Source: Octopus vulgaris (Eukaryota). From it: a stretch of 64,000 nucleotides of DNA. The stretch covers positions 159,216,001 to 159,280,000 of the forward strand of contig OX597816.1 in the NCBI GenBank assembly GCA_951406725.2. Reading direction: 5' to 3'. The notes beneath the pieces were generated by a model. The model had not been told where the DNA came from. It saw only the letters and a list, made by a program, of their open reading frames with translations, and ran no database searches. Shown here piece by piece: positions 1 to 12,300 of this stretch. Numbering within the stretch: position 1 is the first letter of the stretch; the number at the start of each line of letters is the position of its first letter. The position numbers and the translations under genes are program-made.

Positions 1-530
1 TTTTCGACACAAATCCCACCTTTTCGGCTACGCGGAATACGAATCTGCAAAAGAATTGACAAATATCGGCATTTTTATATTAACCCATCCCCCCACCCCA
101 TTTCCATCATCTTTTTACATTTTTCAGAATTTTTTTTTTTTTTTTAAATATGCGGAAAAATACGAAGATTATGATTCTGAAAAATATTTCCAAATATTTT
201 TGTAAAATTTTTTTTTTAAGAATTATTTTTTTCTAAATATGCGGAAAAATACGGACATTATAATTCGGACAAAAATTTCAAAACATTTCTGTAGTTACGG
301 TTAGGGTTTTAGGGTTAGGGTTATGGTTTTAGAATTAGGGTTAGTGTGGGGAGAAAAAGTCAAAATTGAAGAATTTGGGAGAGAAAGGGGTGGGGGGATT
401 TAATGATGCCGATTTTTGTCAATTTTCTGGAACCTTCGTATTCGAAAACAGGGGGTTTGGGCAAGAAAAAATTTTAAAACAAACAAATTTGGGAGAAAAT
501 GGGGCAGGGACAGGCGGAAGTCTTTCTGAA
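1..530. mobile_element. Non-autonomous inverted-repeat element (MITE-like) with internal TTAGGG-like repeats, truncated by window edge
   Basis: 1-75 (gaatacgaa...aattgacaaatatcggcat) is the imperfect reverse complement of ~405-470. ttagggttttagggttagggtt at 301-322. A related fragment lies at ~31740-31890. Confidence 0.55.
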
Positions 531-2002
531 AATGGTGTAAGTGAATGACTCAAGGGCCACAAGTTTTCTGCATTAGCACTTAACAAACTGGTTTCAAGTA
601 AAGGGGATTACACTTACATTGACCAGTTAAATTCTCTGGATTGTTCTAGACTCATCATTTTCATTTAACGCCCATTTCCATGCTGGCTTGGGTCGGACAT
701 GTGATCAGAGCAAACAAGACCAGGAGCTGCACCAAGTTCCATAGTCTGTTTTGACATGGTTTCTACAGCTGGATGCCCTTCCTCATGCCAACCACTTTAC
801 AGAGTGCACTAGGTGCTTTTTATTTGGTACCAGTACCAGAGTTTTTTTTATATGGAACTGGCACCAGTGCTTTTTATGATGCACCAGCACCAGTACTTTT
901 AATGTGATATCATCAAAAACTATTACAAGATCATGTGAATAATGTGTATCGTTTTCAATTCAATAATGAATATATAAGTAAGGAAACTTATGACTAATAG
1001 TATTGATTTATAACATTAGTAGATGGTTTACACGTTTTGGGATTGGCTTGTAATTGATTAAGTTACTCCCAGTATTTGGTTGGTATTTATCATTACATTG
1101 AATCACAGATGGATGACAAGCAAAATTACTTAACTACTTGTTTCTAAAATAGGTACAGGGTTTTTATGGAGGAAGGATAGCATTCACTTATATTAATTTC
1201 AAATTTTGGCACACAAGACCAGTAATTTCAAGGAAAGGATAACTCAATTACATTGACCCCAGTGCTCAACTGGTATTTTATTTTATCGACCCCAGAAGGA
1301 TGAAAGGCAAAGTCAACTGCAGCAGAATTTGAACTCAGAACATAAAGACAAAGTGCTGTTAAGCAATTTTACCTGGCATGTTAACAATTCTGCCAGCTTG
1401 TTGCCTAAGCATTCACTTATATTGATTATTGTACTTGACTGGCACATCTGTCCTTGTTTATCAAGAGTGCTTGGTTCCAGAAACAACAACAAAACAAAAG
1501 ACTGTTAAATCATCATCATCATCGCTTAATGTCTGCCTGCATGAGTGGAACGGTTTGATAGGAGCCATCCAGGCAAAAGCCTGCACCAGACTTCTGTGAC
1601 TGTTTTGGCAGGACTTTTACAGCTGGATGCCCTTCGTAACACCAACCACTCAGCAAAGTGAACTTAGTGCTTTTTACATGGCACAAGCACAGGCAAGGTC
1701 AGTTTTGGCAAGGTTTTTGCAGCTGGATACCCTTCCAAATGCCAACCACTTTACAGTGTAGACTGAGTGCTTTTAAGTGACACCTGTACTGACAGGGTCA
1801 CCAAGTACTTGCAAGACAAAAACAATTACTTCTGAGAGGGGAGGGGGCATTGGAGGAAGTGATGGAGGAAATAGGTTTTGTTCCAAGGCTCCAAGTTGTC
1901 CCCATAACTTATCCAAATAACCCCTCAAAACAATATTAAGCACACATAATTATATGGTCTCACGTTTGGAAATTTACTTAGAGTAAAATTTAATAACAGG
2001 TG

Positions 2003-2360
2003 AAGGCATGGCTGTGTGGTAAGAGGTGTGCTTCCCAACCATATGTTTCTGGGTTCAGTCCTACTGTGTGATATCTTAGGCAAGTGTCTTTCAGCATTAG
2101 CCACTAGCTGACCAAAGTATTGTGAGTAGATTTGGTTGATGGAAACTGAAAGAAGCCTATTGTGTGTGTGTTTTTCCTCCATCACTGCTTGACAACTGGT
2201 TTTGTTGTGGTTATGCCTTAGCAGTTCAAGGAAAGAAATTGATAGAATAAGTATCAGGCTTAAAAAAAGTACTAGGGTTGGTTTGCTTGACTAAAATTCT
2301 TCAAGGCAGAGTGTCCCAGCATGGCCACAGTCAAATGACTGAAACAAGTAAAAGATAAAA
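2003..2360 (+). mobile_element. Family B SINE
   Basis: Same head, core and tail as 29545-29895. Confidence 0.8.
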
Positions 2361-2419
2361 GAACATGCATATAATCAGTAAATAAAAAATATATTGAGGC
2401 CTCCTTTGGTCACAACACT

Positions 2420-2735
2420 GATCATGGGATTGGACCTAATAAGTTACCCTCCTAGGCACAAGTATGGGCAAGGTATTTTATGGAAGACCAGCAGTCGCCC
2501 ATGCATAGCGCGCCCCCCCCTCTCCATGCCACCAGTGTTATCCAAGGGAAAGGCAAAGGCCGATACAGCCTGACACCTGTGACGTCACAACTCATTTCTA
2601 CAGCTGAGTGAACTGGAGCAACGTGAAATAAAGTGTCTTGCTCAAGAACACAACATGCAGCCCGGTCCAGGATTTGAGCTCACAACCTCCCAATTGTAAG
2701 CTCGATGCTCTAACCACTGAGCCATGCGCCTTCAC
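2420..2735 (-). mobile_element. tRNA-derived SINE (family D)
   Basis: Minus-strand head ggcgcatggctcagtggttagagc...gagctcaaatcc, then gttgtgttcttgagcaagacact. A related copy lies at ~58030-58257(-). Confidence 0.75.
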
Positions 2736-3234
2736 TAAAAAAAATATATATAGCTGAAAAATATCGTAACTAATATCTTTGACTGATTGCCAATCCATGT
2801 TATCACAAACCAATTTGTCATAAGCATAACGCAGAAAACAAATGAGCATATCATGTTATATGAGACTGGTGATGATTGAATTAGTGATAATTGAGGATAG
2901 ATGTACTTTAATTCATTGTCCTGCCACCTTCCCAGAGGGATGAAAGTAAAGTTGACCTTGGCAGGCTTTGAACTCAGAATGTATAGAATTATAACTAAAA
3001 ATAGCACGGCATTTTTCCTAATGCTTTAATTAACTACGAATCCACTGCCAAACAACATTAAGCTATTATTTACATAGATATTTAAATAATTGTTACTGTG
3101 TTAAAACACTACAATACCCAATGTTTATCTATTGTGTTTTTCTTTCTTTTATTCATGCTGGTAGAGTTCTTAAGTGATATACACTTAATTATTGCTTAAC
3201 ATTTTAAACAATGTATGCTTTGTTTGCTTTTCAG

Positions 3235-3384
3235 GAAGTCCTGCAAAATTATGTTACAGCTGCAGCTATACATACACAAATACTCGTATTGGAGAAGAAT
3301 GCCTGTATGCTCCAATGAATGTATCAACGGCAAACCTTGTGGCTTGTAACTCAAAATGCTATTCAAGGGCTGTTTATACAAGAG
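3235..3384 (+). CDS. Ly6/uPAR-like gene, internal coding exon (N-terminal half of LU domain)
   Basis: Acceptor tgtttgcttttcag|G, donor AG|gtgcgt, 150 nt, phase 1-1, five Cys. Confidence 0.8.
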
Positions 3385-6300
3385 GTGCGTAACCATTTAA
3401 TAATTTGCTGGTGAAATGTAGAACTAGGTTAATCTTTAGAAAAGAAATATTATATAACTAATGTTAGTAATTGTCCTAGCATAATTTAACCCTTTTAATA
3501 CCAATCTGCTAGAGATCACCCCTGCTTCTCTGTTACACTCCTACTGTTTTAAAGTGCTTTAAACTAAAACCCTCTATCAAAATATCATGTTAATTTATGA
3601 ACCAAATGGTATTTGGTTCATAATTCTTCATTAATTACAAACTCAATTGAAACAAAAAGGGTACAGTATTTCATCAGAACTAGGGTAACAAAAAGGTTAA
3701 GATCTAAATAGGAAATGGTTTGGTGATTGGGGTAAGAATTAAATATTGAATTACAGGAATTGAGAGTTAAGTTTAGTAGGAAATGATTTCAATCAACTAA
3801 TGACTGACTATGTATTTATTATTCTATAATGTTATAGAAAAAGACCTTAAGTTTAGGTATAGATTTATCCAGAAAGTTTTTGCTATTAATGCCTATGTTA
3901 GATTTTGGGGCAGTCAGATGAGGTACATACTATTAAAATTACAGTTTTTACAGTATTATTATTTTCTTTTTAACACAGGTTTTGTTGGAGCCCCTGGAGT
4001 CTTGCATGCATAATGGGCTTGCTACCTGCAGCCTACAGTACCATGCTATTAGTTCTTTTTCAGCTATCAAATATTTTTCTGATTATTCTGGCTACACCAA
4101 GGAGGCAGACCTTTTGCAACAGTTCTACTGGGCACCCTATTCCAATTTCTTTTATATTCCCCTTGATACCTTCTGATACTGTTCCCAAGGGCCCAACAAT
4201 AATCGGCACTACCTTCACCTTCTTCATTTTCCATACTTAAAAGCGTTGTATCTATCTATCTTTTCACCTTTCTTCTTGACTATTCGTAGGTCAAAGGAGC
4301 ATGCAACATCAACTATATAGCACATGTGGTGCACCTTGCCCACCACCACTTAGTCTGGTCTGTTATGTTCTAGCACCTGATCTGTTTGGATTGGGAAATC
4401 CCAGAGGATTTTGCTAGTCTCCGACTCCGCCACTCTCTGCAGTTTGCGCTCATACCATGTCTTGCCTCTCTCTAGCTCCCACTTTTTGCACAGTTTCCAA
4501 TGTAGCACTTTCACTACCTGGTCATGTTGCCACAACTTGTAATGGTTTGGGCAAGTCTAGGGCATTCATTCATGATATGGGAAATGGTTTCATCCACTCT
4601 ATTGCAGATGCGGCACAGCAGAGACACTTGCTCATTCCTAAGGTTGACCCTCCAGGTCATGGCCAAAGCTTGGTCTTGCCCTGCCAGTATAGTGCTCTTA
4701 TTCTCTTTTTTTAGTGTTCCTTTCATCAGCCAATCCCACCTGTTTTTTCCCACAACTTCTGTTGTGGCTACATAGAATTGATAGTGTAGTCCCTTCTTGC
4801 GTAATTCTTCATGTCTTTTTTGAACTTCTTCCTTTGTTTTCCCTTTTTTCTCTGCTCTCAATACTTCCTCGTTCCTAACTGTCACTAGCAAGGTTTCCTT
4901 ACTTTGGGTTAGGTATCTCATATGAGCTCTCTACTTTGATATGCATGCAGTCTTCCACTTATCAGTCCCCTTCCTCCATTTGCTCTCTTCATGTATAGGC
5001 AATCAGTGTCTGCACGTGAATGATGGGCTCCATGCATTGTTATGAGTTTTCTTGACTTCCTGACCATCTCCTTTAGCTCCTCCTCTGTCGACTTCAAGAT
5101 TCCAGCACCATACCAAACCACTGCAACTGCACACGAGTTTTATTGCTGAAATTATGTTTCTGGCATTCAGCTTTGAAGCCAAAATTTTTCTCACTCACTG
5201 CAAGTACTCTCTTTTTTTCTTTTCCTTCATGTCGTGATGTTTGATTCCATCTGCCTCAAGTATTCCCAGGTATTTATAACTGTCTTGAGGTTGAATTGCC
5301 TTCATTATTTCACTACTTGGAAACCATATGACTTCTGTCCTGGTAAACTTTCCACATCTTATCACCATCGTAGCACAATTTGAGAGTCCAAGTTATTATT
5401 ATTATTCAGTAGTCTTATCATGTGCTTTCACTGCACTACCAAGCACAGCTCTGTGTGCCTTAGGTATGTGCTGTGGTTTGTTGTGATGCTCTTATTTTTA
5501 CTGTATTGAAAGTGTTTTATGTAGGATGTGCAGTGCCTAGTAGTGCTATTTTCTGTATGTTATATATACTTGTTAGTCCTGGTGTTTTTGTTATGTATTT
5601 GTCTGAATATTTTTTATCATACCTTATGCACCTACTATGATAGGAATTGTTTCTGTTTTTAGACCCCACATTCAAGTTACCTCTTTTACCAAATCTTTGT
5701 ATTTTTAAGTTTCTCCGTTTCTTTTAGAGAAACATTGTCATCTATTGGTATTGATACATTAATTAGAAAGCATTTTTTTTCTTAGTGATCTCTGACAACT
5801 ATATCTGGCCTATTAGCCTTAATTTCTCTAACTGTATGTATTATCATTATGTTCTTTTCTAAACAAAAGAACATAATGATAAGCATTTCCTTCAAACTTT
5901 CATCTCTTATTTTTTAAAAATAATCAGACAGTTGATATTTCAAAAGGAAACCAGATTTGCTTTACCAGCTGATGATTGGAAATGTGTAACTCTTGAGTCC
6001 TGGAAAGCTGAGCAGCCTTTCAGTTATAATATTCTATATTTGTATTGAGTCCTGGGTTTTATTGCTTCCAGTGAATCAACATATATCAATGTCATCATCA
6101 TCATCATCATCGTTTAACATCCATTTTCCATGCTAGCATGGGTTGGACGGTTTGACTGAGGGCTGGCAACCAGATGGCTGCGTCAGGCTCCAGTCTTGAT
6201 CTGGCAGAGTTTCTACAGCTGGATGCTCTTCCCAATGCCAACCACTCTGAGAGTGTAGTGGGTGCTTTTTATGTGCCACCGACACAGGTGCCAGTGAAGC

Positions 6301-6449
6301 GACGTTGGTAACGATCACGCTCGAATGGTGCCCTTTTACGTGCCACGGGTACAGAGGCCAGTTGGCTGCTCTGGCAATGATCACAACAATCACGCTCGGA
6401 TAGTGTTCTTGGCACCCTTCTAGCACAGGCATAAGTGCCAGTAAGGCGA

Positions 6450-6489
<40 letters not shown>

Positions 6490-7648
6490 CAAAATGGGAC
6501 AACAAAACATCCAGATAGACGATACAAAGAAAACAAGGTTGGGTCATTTGAAGTTTTCTTTTCTCAGTCGAGTACCAGATTATCTTCGCAATTTTCACTG
6601 ATTATACTCAAGATTGCTCCAATTTGGCCAGCCCCAAGGAAAAACTAAGCTAAGAGCATTAGATTCCTTGGAAAAGAGTAGTGAATGTATACAAAAACAA
6701 GGATGGGAAAAAACGAACAATATTACACAAATACAATAAAAATAATAGAGTATAATAATAGGTGTCTTTCGACTAAGGACGAATTAAATTAAGCTGGCGT
6801 GTGTGATATATATATATATATATGTATGTGTATATAGGATCTATTCCATCTCAATCACAGATTTTTTAATTAGTTTTTTTTTAACTAAACAGTTTGAAAC
6901 TTTGAATACTGGTAGAATTTCTCATGTAGAACACGGTTTACTCTGAACATTTTTGACAAAATTCCCTATTTTAGAAGTTATTTTGTTAAAGTTGTCATAT
7001 TTGGGTAATTCCAACCAATCAATGACATGTATTTGGTTGAAGAAAGCTACTGCTGTTTGCGATAGTAATCGAAGAGGAACAACTTCCGGGTCATCTCTAC
7101 TAAATGTCACCACTCTGTTCTATTCGTTACCTGTATCCTTTCTTCTTTTCTAGTCAGTACTGTGCATTTATGTGTGTGTGTGTAAATGTATGTATGTATA
7201 TATATGCTTTCTTTTGTTCAACTAAAATAAAGCAATATTTATAATTATCCTAAATTTCATTCTACTTCCTATCTTCCATTGTTTAGCTTATTAAATTATT
7301 CTTTACAAAACTGCTGTATACATTAATAATGTTAGGAACTCATTGCTAAAAATATCTTCATCACTAATTGTTATTAATTATATGACAAAGGCAACGAGTT
7401 GGCAGAATCATTAGCACGCTGGATGGAATACCTGTCATTACGTTCTGAGTTCAAATTTTGCTGAGGTCAACTTTGCCTTTCATCTTTTTGGGGTCGATAA
7501 ATTAATTACCAGTTATGCACTGGGGTCGATGTAATCGACTTAATCCCCTCCCACAAGCTGCCCTTGTGGCAAAAATTTGAAATTGTTATTAATTACATAA
7601 CATCTGCTTATTTAGCTCTGACAAAAATTTGTTCATTCAGATTTTACC

Positions 7649-7692
<44 letters not shown>

Positions 7693-9394
7693 GGTGGGAA
7701 GCTGGCAGAATCATTAGCATGCCGAATGAAATGCTAAGCAGCATTCTCTCTGTCTTTACATTCTGAGTTCAAATTCCACCGGAGTTGACTTTGCCTTTCA
7801 TCCCTCTGGGGTCGATAAAATAAGTACCATTTGAGTACTGGAAACAATGTAATGGACTCTCCCACTCTCCCAAATTTCAAGCCTTGTGCCTATTGTAGAA
7901 AGGACTATTGTTATCATAATTATTATTATTATTATTGGGCATTCAGCCAAAATTTGATATTGTCACGTGCAGTGGATAGGAATTGAATAAGAAGCACTGG
8001 TATTCGTGCACCATCCGAATGTGGTCAATGCCTGACTGGCCCCCGTACTGGTGGCACGTAAAAAGCACCTACTATATTCTCAGAGTGGTTGGCGTTAGGA
8101 AGGGCATCCAGCTGTAGAAACTTTGCCAGATCAGATTGGAGCCTTGTACAGCCCCCAGTTTACCAGTCCTCAGTCAAACCGTCCAACCCATACCAGCATA
8201 GAAAGTGTCTATCAAACGATGATGTTGATGATTATGACCCAGATTACCTTTAACAAGTTGTTTATTAGCTTCTAGATGTAGCTTAGAGAGTTATGGCCCC
8301 TGTTTGGCTTATTTATCTAAAATACACTTTTTGTCACCTAGTCTAACACCAACATATGACCTTTGGGCTGTATGTAGATGTCAAACTGGGTGGAAGGTCA
8401 GGTTTCCAGCTTCTTCTTTCTCTCCCACCAGTTTCAGCAGCCTTGTAAAAGGTAGGAAGAAAACAAAAAGCCTTTCCTTTTCGTTTTGATATGTACATAG
8501 ACACACGGTGTCATTTGTTTGCAGTTCTCTATGAAAGCACGTCCAGGCTGTCTGTTGTTCAATAGACTGGAGGATTATTTGGTGCTTTCCTTCCTTGGAA
8601 ACAGATGAACGACATCGGATGATATGTCTTCTGTAATGGTTACCCGTGCATGCACACAGAACAGTAGATTCTAAAATAATGATGATAAAAAAAAACAGTA
8701 ATAATTGTATCTCTCTCTCTCCTCTTTCTCTCCCCATACTTTTTCAACCTTGGAACACTGTTCTTCTTTCTCTTGCATCATGTTAATGAACAACTTCTTG
8801 TAATTTCTTTAACAAATGCTGTGTGTTTGTCATGGAATTATTATGGGAGTATACAACAATGGTTTCCTGTATGTTAATGTTAGTAATCAATTTAATGTTT
8901 TTTTTATTTTTTTAATATCAACAGGATCAAAGGAAAGACGAGTCAACTCAGCTGTTCGAGGATGTTGGACGGATGGCCTGTATGAAATGTACAAGTCATG
9001 TACATCGAGTTTACATGAAGAAACCTGTACCCGGACTTGCTACGGAGCAAAGTGTAACACATGGAGTCTCTATTATATTGCAAACGCAGATGGAGACCAA
9101 CACATTGGTGACGACAAGGATCCATACAATGAGCCAGAAAATGAGAATCGACCAAACATGAAATCGGAAAATGGGAATGACTCAAATTTCAAAGAAGGTG
9201 AGAATGAGTCAAATGTGAACTCGGAAGAGAAATATGGACCATACCCAGGAATGGTAAATGAAACAAATTATGCAAAGGAAACAACTTCTCCGAATTCTTC
9301 AAACATCACTTTATCCAGTCCTGGTCCACAAATCTGTTACAGTGTTTTATTGATGGTTTCGACTATTGTACTTAGTTTTATAGTTTGGGTATAA
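3235..9394 (+). CDS. Ly6/uPAR (three-finger, quiver/sleepless-like) protein, 3' partial gene: join(3235..3384,8925..9394); signal-peptide exon not found
   Basis: Phase-1 GT-AG intron joins xSPAKLCYSCSY...CYSRAVYTRG to SKERRVNSAVRGCW...CTRTCYGAKCN. Ten Cys, beginning LCYSC and ending CN, as in LU domains. Followed by an acidic/Asn-rich stalk and a hydrophobic C-terminus (ICYSVLLMVSTIVLSFIVWV*). AATAAA at 9667-9672. Confidence 0.8.
3954..5392 (-). mobile_element. 5'-truncated, decayed R4/Dong-clade non-LTR retrotransposon (end of RT, CCHC finger, restriction-like endonuclease)
   Basis: Minus-strand fragments YKYLGILE, LYMKRANGGRGLIS, ILAGQDQAL, CRICNRVDETISHIMNEC, HDQVVKVLHW, ILWDFPIQTD..EHNRPD, with frameshifts. 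Ends in an AAT-repeat tail at ~3954-3963. Confidence 0.85.
5393..5840 (-). mobile_element. 3' end of a second, different R4/Dong-clade LINE
   Basis: Minus-strand IKANRPDIVV...INVSIP...ETIPIIVGA...IQKIALLGTAHIL, then 3' UTR and (AAT)n tail at 5393-5406. Confidence 0.8.
8925..9394 (+). CDS. Ly6/uPAR-like gene, terminal coding exon (C-half of LU domain, stalk, GPI-signal/TM)
   Basis: Acceptor after a T-rich tract ...tcaacag|GA, in frame with ORF 8816..9394, stop TAA 9392-9394. Confidence 0.8.
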
Positions 9395-12300
9395 TACTGA
9401 TGTGTGCTGTGGTAGGTTGTCGACTGGTTGTTGGTTGGTTGGTTGGTTGGTTGGTGATGTGATTGTAGTTTCTTTGGCAAAACAAATCTGTGATTGTATT
9501 TCATCTCAGCAGGAAAGGATTCGCTTAACCTCACTTTACATTTGGGCTAAGCTTGAATTTTAAAAACTCCTCCTCGTCCCCCCCCTCTCCCCCGTCTGCT
9601 TCTTATAAAAAAAAAACGGAATTATTATTATTATTGAGAATATTACTTGTTTTATTTTTTAACAAAAATAAATTTTTATCCTATACAAAAAATTATGTTT
9701 TAAAATTTATTTTTGTTTTACAGCATAAATGAACTTATTAAAATTTCAAGTTGACAAGAAATGACAAACTGACAATCATAATTTCTGAAAATTACTTCAT
9801 TTCTTATCAAACGTCTTGTCACCAAGCTATTTAGTCTCCAATCTTGTTATCTACAACATTATAAAACAACCAATGATTTGTGTCCATTTGTGTACTTGAT
9901 TAAATTTCACTGGATGCTACAACAATACATATATCTCTCACATTCATTAAGCTTTCTTTTGTTCTCAGGAATCCTTCTTATCCACTTGAGATTTTATGCC
10001 AGTAACATCTGATATATTCCCATATACAAGCACCTGTATTGGTGCTACATAAAAAGTACCCATGCTGGTGTCATATAAAAAGCATCAATTGGAATTTACT
10101 GGAAAAGTGCAGACCTTTTTTTAACAGCAGTAGGAGATGCAAACTTTGCTTTGCAGAGAAAAGAATTCCCTCCACCCAGAGGTATATCTGAATTCTAAAA
10201 GCAAAGTTTATCTTAACCAACTGATTAATTCCCTCCTAGCAGTAACGATTGGCTCTTGCTTCGTTAGAAGTCTTCTCATCATAAAAAACACTTTATTCTT
10301 CTCATAGCCAGTACATATGCACCTACACATATTCTTCAAGAAAACCTTACTTTCATCTCTCTATTTCATTCACCAGCTAGCTACTAACATCACATGCTTT
10401 TTTCTCTTCTGTTACTAATATAACAACCTCTGCTCCCCTATATTAGTTAACTGTATAACCTCTGTCCTACCCCTATACATACATATATATTCCCTCTCAA
10501 TACACTCATCTGTCATCCTCCTCTTCCTCTTACTAGGTGTTACTTTCCAGATCCTGTACTAAACAGTTCTCTTTGCAACCCTCTGAAATTTTGACCTCTT
10601 CCCTTGTTTTCCATCATACATCAACCTACAATGCAATGCCTGTGCCAATTACTAGTTTAGAAATACCTTATATTTCTTTATATACACTTGTAATTATTTG
10701 TTTAATCCTTTTGATATCAACCCATCTGAGACCATCCCTAGTTCTATGATACAAGCTTTGTTTTAGAGGAATCAAAGTTAAAACATACCATCAAAATTTT
10801 ATGTTCATTTAAGTTACAAAAGCCAGATTAATAATCCTCATTATTATCATCTTTTACCTTCCATCTTCCAAACTGGCATGGGTTGGATGGTTCCAATAGG
10901 TCGAAGGACTGCATTTTGCTACAAAGTTATTTTACTAAATTCTTCATTATTTTCAAAATTAATTGAATCAAAAGCAGTGTATTTCAACAGAAATATAGAA
11001 TCAAAAGAGTTAAATTTAAGCTTTAATTATTAAAGGCTTTCCAGTCATGACCATCCTATGTTTGAAGTAAGTACAGTTGTATTTAAGACAGAAATCCAAT
11101 TGATTTCACTGGTCTGGTAAGATTTTCAAATATCACAGACACTGCCCTGGAGGTGGTACCACGTAAAAAGCACCCAGTACACTCTGTAAAGTGGTTGGCA
11201 TTAAGAAGGGCATCCAGCTGTAGAAACCATGCCAAAACAGATAATGGACCCTGGTGCAGCCCCTCACCTTACCAGCTCCTGTCAAAATGTCCAACCCTTG
11301 CCAGCATGGAAAATGAGCATTAAATGATGACGATGATGATGATGAGTGCCTCTTCACAGGGCTGGTGCTATACTTTTGGCAAAGTGATCACCTAGGGTGC
11401 TAAGATCTGAGTAGCGGGGGTGGCGAACCCTGTTGTACTCTTTCTCTCAATCTTTCTTCCTGTTTCTTGAGTAACACTGTGATGGACTGGCGTCCCGTCC
11501 AGCTGGGGGGAACACATACACCACAAAAACCGGGAAACCGGGCCCATGAGCCTGGCTAGCTTTGAAAAGGTTGCATAAATAAGACACTTTGACAGGAACT
11601 GATGGGTCCAAGAACTGCATCATGCTTCAGTGTTTGCTTTGTCCTGGTTTTGTTGGCTGGATGCCAACCATTTTACAGCTGCAATACTACAAACCCAAAA
11701 ATGTTGGGGTGCAGTTTATGCAAAGAGAGTGAGGAGTAAAGTATAAGAGAAAAGGGCTGGAGCAGAATAGGTTTTTTGCTGTAGAGGAGCTCCATAACAA
11801 CCCACATTTTAGAAGAGGTGGTTAGGGCGATGAGGAGGAACTGGAAAGCAATAAAAAATAGTGGTGAAAGGTGTCAGGGTGTACCTTTAAAATATGAGGT
11901 AGGTAGGTAGGAACAAGTGAGATAGAGGTGCCTGGAGTGAGGGGGAGAGGGTAGAGGATATCTGATAGTGCAGAGCGGCAGAGTAGAAATGATGGAACAG
12001 TAAACAGGGAAAGGATGAAAGAGAGATGACATGCTGTTGGGGAGGTTACAAGAATGAATGAGGATTTTTATCTGTATAAAATGTATATCTAAGGAAACAT
12101 TATGTCCTTCCCTTTCATTAAGATAGTAGGAAGGATTTAGTTTCTATCTTTAGCAATCTCAGTGTGTTGAGATTCCCTTAGCTTTATAATGCAGCATGCC
12201 AAATGTAAGTCACGTTATTGACATATACAGGATGTAGGTGTTGCCATATTTCTTACAAAATAACTTTGTAATGTTATTTAATCCATTAAAATCTCAACAA

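Noticed and set aside
6490-6800. Second Penelope-like repeat with a possible hammerhead
   Set aside because: No intact CUGANGA plus GAAA core with paired stems could be traced in this copy
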